Assembly (NCBI GenBank): GCA_951406725.2 | Contig: OX597824.1 | Location: 54,932,001 to 54,996,000, forward strand | Length of the DNA stretch: 64,000 nucleotides | Direction of reading: 5' to 3' | From: Octopus vulgaris | Taxonomy: Eukaryota | Shown here: in pieces, positions 53,881-64,000 of the stretch | Position numbering within the stretch: the first letter of the stretch is position 1 | Layout of the letters: each line of letters starts with the position of its first letter | Position numbers and translations under genes: made by a program | Notes under the pieces: model-generated | Databases searched by the model: none | Told to the model about the DNA's origin: nothing | The model's input: the letters and a program-made list of their open reading frames with translations, nothing else

Positions 53881-54004
53881 ATATGTATATATATACATAT
53901 ATATATATACATACAACTATATATATATATATATATATACATACATATATATATACATACATATATATATATATATATACATACATATATATATATACAT
54001 ATAC

Positions 54005-54040
<36 letters not shown>

Positions 54041-54042
<2 letters not shown>

Positions 54043-55952
54043 CTCTTTTACTCTTTTACTTGTTTCAGCCATCCGGCTGAGGCCATGCTGGGGCACCGCC
54101 CTTGTTGCTACCCTCTCTAAGTCCAGTTTGCCGTGGCTGGCTACTGATCTAAGAGAGAGTTTGTAGCTGCTGCCCTTAGGTTACCTTCGTACCTTGCAGT
54201 GGGTTCATCTGGGATCCCGGAAAGCAGCTTGTCTAGATGTTTTTTGAAAATGTCCACATCCGCATCATGTAGATCTCTTAGTTTTCTTGGCAGTTTGTTG
54301 AACAGCTGAGGGCCCCTGAACCCCAGGCTATTACAGTATCTGCTCCTTACCCTGGATGTGGAAGACGGGACCTTTGGCACCACACAGTGACGTCCTGTAC
54401 GGGGATTGGAACAGCTCTCAATTCCAAAATTTGGTGCTAGTCCCTCCAGGATTTTCCATATGTATATCACTGCATATCTCTCTCGTCTTCGTTCCAAGGA
54501 GTACAAATTGAGTTCCCTAAGCCTCTCCCAATAGTTCTTTTCTTTCATGGTGGAAATCCTCTTGGTGAAATGTCTTTGGATTGTCTCAAGCTCTGTGGTT
54601 AGTTTGACACTATGCGGTGACCACAGTTGGGAGCAGTAGTCCAGGCGTCTTAGGACAAATGTCCTCCATAGTGTCAACATGGTCTCGCAGTCTCTTGTCC
54701 GGAATGTCCTCAGGATCCAGCCAGTGAGTCGTCTGCACATTGTCGCCACCTTCGCGATGTGTGAAGAAAAAGATGCATCGTCACTCATGTCTATCCCCAG
54801 GTCCCGTATTGATTTCGATACTGGGATTTCGATCCCTCCTGGACCAGTATAGTTGTGTTGTAATGTATATGTGTTTACAGCTTGATATTGTAAGGCTTGA
54901 AATTTACCAGCATTAAATTGCATGTTGTTGTCTTCAGCCCATTTGTATATGGCATCCAGATCTTGTTGTAAAAGGTCAGCATCAGCTGGGTTTTTGATTG
55001 CCTGTGCTACCTTTGTGTCATCAGCATAGCTAGTGAGGGATGTTGTTAGTGCTACCAAGGGCATGTCAGAGAGCGCCACCAAAAACAGCAAGGGTCCCAA
55101 GACTGTGCCCTGTGGCACCCCGCTTGCTATTGGTGTCTTTCCCGAGAGGGCTCCATTGGCTGCAACCATCTGGCTTCTGTCCTTCAGGAAGTCATGTATC
55201 CACTCACCTACTTTTCCTGTTATGCCGAGTCTGAGTAATTTGTGACATATCACTCCGTGGTCGACTTTGTCAAAGGCCTTCGCAAAGTCGAGATATACCA
55301 CATCCACCTGTGAGCGATCCAGTAGTTGTTTCAGTACCCAGTCGTAGTGTTGTAACAGCTGCGTAAGGCAGCTTCTTCCTGGGCGAAAGCCATGCTGTGT
55401 GTCAGTGAGACGGTTAGTTTCTTCGAGGAACGTGATCAGTTTTTTTCTGATGATTCGTTCCATGACCTTACTTATGTGTGACGTCAGGGAGACTGGCCTG
55501 TAGTTTTTGGCCTCTGCTCTACTCCCTCCTTTGTGGATAGGGCATATGGTGCCTTCTTTTAGCGCCCTGGGCAGTTTACCGTTAGCCAAGGAACCACTGA
55601 AGAGCTTCTTCAGTGGTCCCGCTAGGGCATGCCTGCATGTTTTTAGGAGGACTGCTGGGAATCTATCTGGTCCAGCAGCTGAGTTTATTCTCATTTCTTC
55701 TATGGCAGATATTACATCCCTCTCTGTTATGTCTATGTGGTCGATGGTTGTTGTTTGGTTTTGGAGTGTTGTGGCATCAAAGAAAACTTCTGGGTTTGTG
55801 ATTTGCATGTGCCCCAGAGGGGATGTGAACACACTTTTATACTGTTCCTTTAGTATTTCACTTATCCCTTGGGGGTCCTCAGTTAGAGAGCCCTTTTTAT
55901 CAAAGAGTGGGCCAATCTTGCAGTGTACCGAGGTGGTTTCTTTCGCAAATTT
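54041..55952 (-). mobile_element. CR1/Jockey-group LINE, 5'-truncated copy 1
   Basis: [33 protein letters not shown]; (GAGTAAAA)n tail; premature stop near the C-terminus. Confidence 0.9.
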
Positions 55953-55963
55953 ATATGTATATA

Positions 55964-56040
<77 letters not shown>

Positions 56041-56177
56041 GTATATATATATGTATATGTATATATATATATGTGTATATATATATATGTATATATATGT
56101 ATATATATAAATATATTTTATATATATATATATATATATGTATGTATATATGTATGTATATATGAATGTATATATGA

Positions 56178-56475
56178 TACTGTAATAGCCTGGGGTTTAG
56201 GGGCCCTCAGCTGTTCAACAAACTGCCAAGAAAACTAAGAGATCTACATGATGCGGATGTGGACATTTTCAAAAAACATCTAGACAAGCTGCTTTCCGGG
56301 ATCCCAGATGAACCCACTGCAAGGTACGAAGGTAACCTAAGGGCAGCAGCTACAAACTCTCTCTTAGATCAGTGGCCAGCCACGGCAAACTGGACTTAGA
56401 GAGGGTAGCAACAAGGGCGGTGCCCCAGCATGGCCTCAGCCGGATGGCTGAAACAAGTAAAAGAGTAAAAGAGTA
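56178..56475 (+). mobile_element. Same LINE, short 3' fragment in the opposite orientation
   Basis: Reverse complement of 54041-54336. Confidence 0.9.
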
Positions 56476-56560
56476 TATACATATACATATATATATATAC
56501 ATATACATATACATATATACATATATATATACATATATATATATATACATATATATATAC

Positions 56561-56591
<31 letters not shown>

Positions 56592-56908
56592 CATACATAT
56601 ATATATACATATATACATATAATTTCAACAATTGAGGGTAAAATTAATTAATTATTAATCAATTTCACCAAGTATTCAGTATGTAAAGGGACCATTTAAG
56701 GCGAATTCAAATTATTACATTATATAAAAGGGCTTAGTAAAATAAATTACTTTGCCACATACTGAACTCATTAGAAATAGTAGCTAAAAAAACTTTTTTA
56801 AAACTATTTCTAATACTTAAAGAAAATCTCTCTCATATAGTGTTTGCTCAATTCAACTCACGAAAGTATGGGGGTAAAGACATTAAAAAATCAAATGCAA
56901 AGGTTATT

Positions 56909-56960
56909 TGAGAACGTACGTTTCAAGATTAGTCAACTCGACATTTCTATCATCAGCTCA
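56909..56960 (-). ncRNA. Type I hammerhead ribozyme
   Basis: Minus strand reads tgag-CTGATGA-…gtc gagtt gac…-GAAA-cgtacg-TT-ctca; palindromic stem III. Confidence 0.72.
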
Positions 56961-57674
56961 GAACTCCTTGGTTTGGATTTGAAAACACTGAAAGTGGGAG
57001 CATACCCTTTCGGCTTCTTATCGCTTCTGAAGATCTGCTCGAAACTAACAGTGCCAGCAAACCCAAAATATGCAAGCGAAGAATTTCTGCTCTCCCCTTT
57101 CCACCAGCGTGGGTTAAAATCAGTAAACACTATGCTTTTTCGGTAAAATCCGAAGCATTAAATAGAGAGAGATGAATTATAATTTCAACAATTGAGGGTA
57201 AAATTAATTAATTATTAATCAATTTCACCAAGTATTCAGTATGTAAAGGGACCATTTAAGGCGAATTCAAATTATTACATTATATAAAAGGGCTTAGTAA
57301 AATAAATTACTTTGCCACATACTGAACTCATTAGAAATAGTAGCTAAAAAAACTTTTTAAAACTATTTCTAATACTTAAAGAAAATCTCTCTCATATAGT
57401 GTTTGCTCAATTCAACTCACGAAAGTATTAATTTTACCCTCAATTGTTGAAATTATAATTCATCTCTCTCTATTTAATGCTTCGGATTTTACCGAAAAAG
57501 CATAGTGTTTACTGATTTTAACCCACGCTGGTGGAAAGGGGAGAGCAGAAATTCTTCGCTTGCATATTTTGGGTTTGCTGGCACTGTTAGTTTCGAGCAG
57601 ATCTTCAGAAGCGATAAGAAGCCGAAAGGGTATGCTCCCACTTTCAGTGTTTTCAAATCCAAACCAAGGAGTTC

Positions 57675-57726
57675 TGAGCTGATGATAGAAATGTCGAGTT
57701 GACTAATCTTGAAACGTACGTTCTCA
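57675..57726 (+). ncRNA. Type I hammerhead ribozyme (inverted copy)
   Basis: CTGATGA 57679-57685, GAAA 57711-57714, cgtacg, TT, ctca. Confidence 0.72.
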
Positions 57727-58004
57727 AATAACCTTTGCATTTGATTTTTTAATGTCTTTACCCCCATACTTTCGTGAGTTGAATTGAGCAAACACTATAT
57801 GAGAGAGATTTTCTTTAAGTATTAGAAATAGTTTTAAAAAAGTTTTTTTAGCTACTATTTCTAATGAGTTCAGTATGTGGCAAAGTAATTTATTTTACTA
57901 AGCCCTTTTATATAACATATATACATATATATATATACATATACACATATATATATATATACATATATATACATATACATATATATACATATATATATAT
58001 ACTT

Positions 58005-58465
58005 ATAAATCCTTAAATCCTTAAAAATGTTTTAGCCCGAAGGCCGCGGCCATGCTGGGGCACCACCACTGAATGAGCTACACTAATTTGTGAATCCACC
58101 TCTGATATGTGGCACTTGATCAACAAGGGAGTTCGATGCTGCTGCCCGCATCCGTGTCTCCTGTCGTGAGGTAGGCTTATCTGGGACTCCCAACAAGAAG
58201 AGATCCAGTTTAGTTTTAAAGAAACCCACATCCACACTATGTAAGTCTCTCAGGCATTTAGGGAGGATGTTAAAGAGCTGTGGTCCTCTGAAACCCAAGC
58301 TGTTGCAGTATCTGGACCTGTATTTTGATGGTGATGTTGGAATCCTTGGCACCATGCAGTGGCACCCCGTTCTGCGGTTGGAGTAACTTTGAATGCCAAA
58401 GTTTGGGACAAGACCCTCCGGGATTTTCCAGATGTATATCACCGCATATCTCTCCCGCCTCCGGG
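58005..58465 (-). mobile_element. Related CR1-group LINE 3' fragment
   Basis: [14 protein letters not shown]…GFRGPQLFN; (GGATTTAA)n tail. Confidence 0.85.
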
Positions 58466-58542
58466 ATATATACATATATATACATATATATACATATATA
58501 TATATACATATATATACATATATATATATACATATATATACA

Positions 58543-59008
58543 TATACTAAGTAATTAAGGGTTTAGCAACGATTTGCCTCACCACACACCGAATTTAGAA
58601 ATAGCAGTCAAAGAGTTATAGCTATTCTTTCTTCTAAAAGGGAGATCTCAGTAAAACCACAGCACTTGAAAGGCAAACACAGACAGGCAAGAGAGAAAGA
58701 AATGACGACAATCGACCATACAATATTAAGTCACCTACGGACGTACGTTTCGAAATTAAGTTTTAGGAAAGCATAAGAATTAGATAATTATGTCGAGATC
58801 TCCCTTTTAGTAGAAAGAATAGCTATAACTCTTTGACGGCTATTTCTAGATTCGGTGTGTGGTGAGGCAAATCGTTGCTAAACCCTAAATTACTTAGTAT
58901 TACTTAAACTTTCCTCGAATGGGGCTTTTACATGCCGAAATCTACTTGGTGAAATTAATGATTATTCCAAATTAATTAATTTCACCCTATATTATTACTG
59001 AAAATCAG
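58543..59008. repeat. Inverted-repeat pseudo-LTR relic related to the 560-bp monomer
   Basis: 58543-58650 pairs with 58795-58900; partial HHR (GAAAcgtacgTC, minus strand, about 58735-58752); tail resembles 56636-56675. Confidence 0.65.
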
Positions 59009-59047
59009 ATATATACATATATATATATACATATATATATATATACA

Positions 59048-61308
59048 TACTCTTTTACTCTTTTACTCTTTTACTTGTTTCAGCCATCCGGCTGAGGCCA
59101 TGCTGGGGCACCGCCCTTGTTGCTACCCTCTCTAAGTCCAGTTTGCCGTGGCTGGCCACTGATCTAAGAGAGAGTTTGTAGCTGCTGCCCTTAGGTTACC
59201 TTCGTACCTTGCAGTGGGTTCATCTGGGATCCCGGAAAGCAGCTTGTCTAGATGTTTTTTGAAAATGTCCACATCCGCATCATGTAGATCTCTTAGTTTT
59301 CTTGGCAGTTTGTTGAACAGCTGAGGGCCCCTGAACCCCAGGCTATTACAGTATCTGCTCCTTACCCTGGATGTGGAAGACGGGACCTTTGGCACCACAC
59401 AGTGACGACCTGTACGGGGATTGGAACAGCTCTCAATTCCAAAATTTGGTGCTAGTCCCTCCAGGATTTTCCATATGTATATCACTGCATATCTCTCTCG
59501 TCTTCGTTCCAAGGAGTACAAATTGAGTTCCCTAAGCCTCTCCCAATAGTTCTTTTCTTTCATGGTGGAAATCCTCTTGGTGAAATGTCTTTGGATTGTC
59601 TCAAGCTCTGTGGTTAGTTTGACACTATGCGGTGACCACAGTTGGGAGCAGTAGTCTAGGCGGCTTAGGACAAATGTCCTCCATAGTGTCAACATGGTCT
59701 CGCAGTCTCTTGTCCGGAATGTCCTCAGGATCCAGCCAGTGAGTCGTCTGCACATTGTCGCCACCTTCGCGATGTGTGAAGAAAAAGATGCATCGTCACT
59801 CATGTCTATCCCCAGGTCCCGTATTGATTTCGATACTGGGATTTCGATCCCTCCTGGACCAGTATAGTTGTGTTGTAATGTATATGTGTTTACAGCTTGA
59901 TATTGTAAGGCTTGAAATTTACCAGCATTAAATTGCATGTTGTTGTCTTCAGCCCATTTGTATATGGCATCCAGATCTTGTTGTAAAAGGTCAGCATCAG
60001 CTGGGTTTTTGATTGCCTGTGCTACCTTTGTGTCATCAGCATAGCTAGTGAGGGATGTTGTTTGTGCTACCAAGGGCATGTCAGAGAGCGCCACCAAAAA
60101 CAGCAAGGGTCCCAAGACTGTGCCCTGTGGCACCCCGCTTGCTATTGGTGTCTTTCCCGAGAGGGCTCCATTGGCTGCAACCATCTGGCTTCTGTCCTTC
60201 AGGAAGTCATGTATCCACTCACCTACTTTTCCTGTTATGCCGAGTCTGAGTAATTTGTGACATATCACTCCGTGGTCGACTTTGTCAAAGGCCTTCGCAA
60301 AGTCGAGATATACCACATCCACCTGTGAGCGATCCAGTAGTTGTTTCAGCACCCAGTCGTAGTGTTGTAACAGCTGCGTAAGGCAGCTTCTTCCTGGGCG
60401 AAAGCCATGCTGTGTGTCAGTGAGACGGTTAGTTTCTTCGAGGAACGTGATCAGTTTTTTTCTGATGATTCGTTCCATGACCTTACTTATGTGTGACGTC
60501 AGGGAGACTGGCCTGTAGTTTTTGGCCTCTGCTCTACTCCCTCCTTTGTGGATAGGGCATATGGTGCCTTCTTTTAGCGCCCTGGGCAGTTTACCGTTAG
60601 CCAAGGAACCACTGAAGAGCATCTTCAGTGGTCCCGCTAGGGCATGCCTGCATGTTTTTAGGAGGACTGCTGGGAATCCATCTGGTCCAGCAGCTGAGTT
60701 TATTCTCATTTCTTCTATGGCAGATATTACATCCCTCTCTGTTATGTCTATGTGGTCGATGGTTGTTGTTTGGTTTTGGAGTGTTGTGGCATCAAAGAAA
60801 ACTTCTGGGTTTGTGATTTGCATGTGCCCCAGAGGGGATGTGAACACACTTTTATACTGTTCCTTTAGTATTTCACTTATCCCTTGGGGGTCCTCAGTTA
60901 GAGAGCCCTTTTTATCAAAGAGTGGGCCAATCTTGCAGTGTACCGAGGTGGTTTCTTTCGCAAATTTAAAGAAAGCTTTAGGGTTTGTTTTAATATTCTC
61001 TATGGCCCTGGCTTCTCTCTCTGCCCTCTCCTTCTCATAGGAAAGTTTGAGTGCAGTTTCCGTTTCAAAAAGTTTCAGGTGGAGTCCCTTATTGTTTCTC
61101 TGCCGTGCATTCAGTTGCTTCGAGAGCTTAGCTCTTCGCCTCATAAGTATTTTCCTGTCTCTGGGAATAACGTTCCTATGCCCGCTGGCTTTTTTCTCCG
61201 GGACAAACTTATGGCATATGTTCTGTATTGTTGTCATGAAATGTTGGAAATGTGTGTTGGTCTCTTGTGTGGTGATGAAGTCACTCCAGTCATGTTTTCG
61301 GATCTCTT

Positions 61309-61309
<1 letters not shown>
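59048..61309 (-). mobile_element. CR1/Jockey-group LINE, 5'-truncated copy 2 with open RT frame
   Basis: Near-identical to copy 1; the real coding part is 59132-~61308, and the rest of the 1043-aa ORF is microsatellite. Confidence 0.92.
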
Positions 61310-62319
<1,010 letters not shown>

Positions 62320-62326
<7 letters not shown>

Positions 62327-62657
62327 TATAAAAGGAGCTTCTACAGGACTAGAACTGTTTCATTCAAGAGAAATCATCAGGAAGCTAGTTAACAAGAATT
62401 GTATTGGCATTTATATATTTAGGTAGGTTTAAAGGGGTGGTGGTGGGGGACTTTTTGGGGGTAGGCATAGCGCAAAAATATCATACTTGGGGGAGTGGTC
62501 AAGGAGTCAGTGGTAAATTAGATAAAAGAATAAAAAAATATATAGAAGAATAGAGTTTTAGGTAAATAAGGAGATTCTCACTTATACCTATACACATATG
62601 TATATATATATACACACACACACATATACACACACATATATATATACATATATACAC

Positions 62658-62702
<45 letters not shown>

Positions 62703-62842
62703 CGCACACACACATACACACACACATGTATATATACACACACGCCCCCACATACATATACACACAAAAATATATACATACACACACATACACATACACA
62801 CACATATCTACATACACACATGCACACACAAGTCCATATATA

Positions 62843-62881
<39 letters not shown>

Positions 62882-63531
62882 GTGTACCTATACATACCTA
62901 CACATACACACATATACATACAAATACAAACCCATTCCCTAATTTTAATTTTATTATTATCTTCATTTATTACTTTTGTTATCTTTGACCGCGGGTCACA
63001 AGCATCTTGGCTATCGTCCCCTTGGGGACGACAGCAAGTCCATTTATCTTTCTACTCGAACACAAGCACTCACTCACGCACGCACGCACACTCACTCATT
63101 CGTACACTCATACACATACACGCACGCACTCGTTATATTCATACATACATACATCTACATACATTCACATATATACACATACGTACGCGTACCTACAGAT
63201 TCATGTCTACACGCTTACACATACATACCTCAATACACCCACAGAAGACTAGTCCATACATATACACCAATAAATATATATACACACATACATATACACC
63301 TACATACAAATACATACACATACACATATATATATATATATATATACGTATATATACATACATATACATACACCCATACATACATACATATATATATACA
63401 CATACACACACCCACACATATACATATATGCGCATACATACACATACATATACACATACACACACCCACACATATACATATACACGCATACATACACATA
63501 CATATACATACATATACATACATATACATAC

Positions 63532-63592
<61 letters not shown>

Positions 63593-63790
63593 CATACATA
63601 CACATACATATATACACACACACATACACACACATACATACACATATACATACACACACATACACATATACATGCGTACCCATACACACACACACACGCG
63701 CGCATCCATATATACACATAAGTACACACATGCGTAAAAGTATACATATATCTATACATATGCTTACACATACACACACACACAGGCGCC
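62320..63790 (-). mobile_element. Microsatellite-bodied hammerhead element, copy B
   Basis: Homolog of 2799-3826; far boundary uncertain. Confidence 0.65.
62336..62386 (-). ncRNA. Type I hammerhead ribozyme
   Basis: Same as 3757-3807 except for one change in the stem II loop. Confidence 0.85.
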
Positions 63791-63956
63791 TCCTTATGTT
63801 CATATACTTACATACATACTCAAAAAATAAATAATAAAATATATATACGTGCAGTTATTCATATACATACATGCATACTCAAAAAATAAATAATAAATAT
63901 TAAGTATATATACGTGCAGTTACCTATTATACAGACGGATACATACATATAAACTT

Positions 63957-63997
<41 letters not shown>

Positions 63998-64000
63998 CCT

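Larger units (their letters stand above)
56619..57915. mobile_element. 560-bp hammerhead-containing monomer in tandem plus inverted arrangement (retrozyme/pseudo-LTR-like)
   Basis: 56619-56867 repeats at 57179-57427 (period 560); 57428-57915 is the reverse complement of 56720-57207. Confidence 0.8.

Noticed and set aside
57020-57060. Opposite-strand CTGAAGA…GAAA in the 560-bp monomer (ambisense ribozyme)
   Set aside because: No stem II or stem I pairing, and a G at the cleavage position.
56844-57791. Duplicated 100-aa and 65-aa ORFs
   Set aside because: Identical only because of the inverted repeat; no recognisable domain.

Overview
AT-rich eukaryotic DNA, most consistent with a coleoid cephalopod such as Octopus (inferred from the repeat types and very long (TA)n arrays). 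One host gene is supported: five minus-strand 3' exons of GNPAT (peroxisomal DHAP acyltransferase), with matching splice phases and a C-terminal PTS1 signal (AKL*). Everything else is microsatellite and transposon sequence: Penelope-like elements (PLEs), Ty3/Gypsy, L1/Tx1, RTE, CR1-group LINEs, tRNA SINEs, non-autonomous Helitrons, mariner/Tc1, Chapaev3 and piggyBac. The signal the ORF track misses is a cluster of type I hammerhead ribozyme (HHR) motifs: at least 8 copies from about 5 families. They sit in PLE pseudo-LTRs and in non-coding retrozyme-like elements, including a microsatellite-bodied element and a 560-bp tandem/inverted monomer, and one family has a U3-A8 core variant. Also notable are a candidate -1 frameshift site in a Neptune-type PLE, an in-frame Gypsy/Tx1 junction and antisense Pif1 relics inside Helitrons. 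All calls were made by eye; no searches or folding programs were run.
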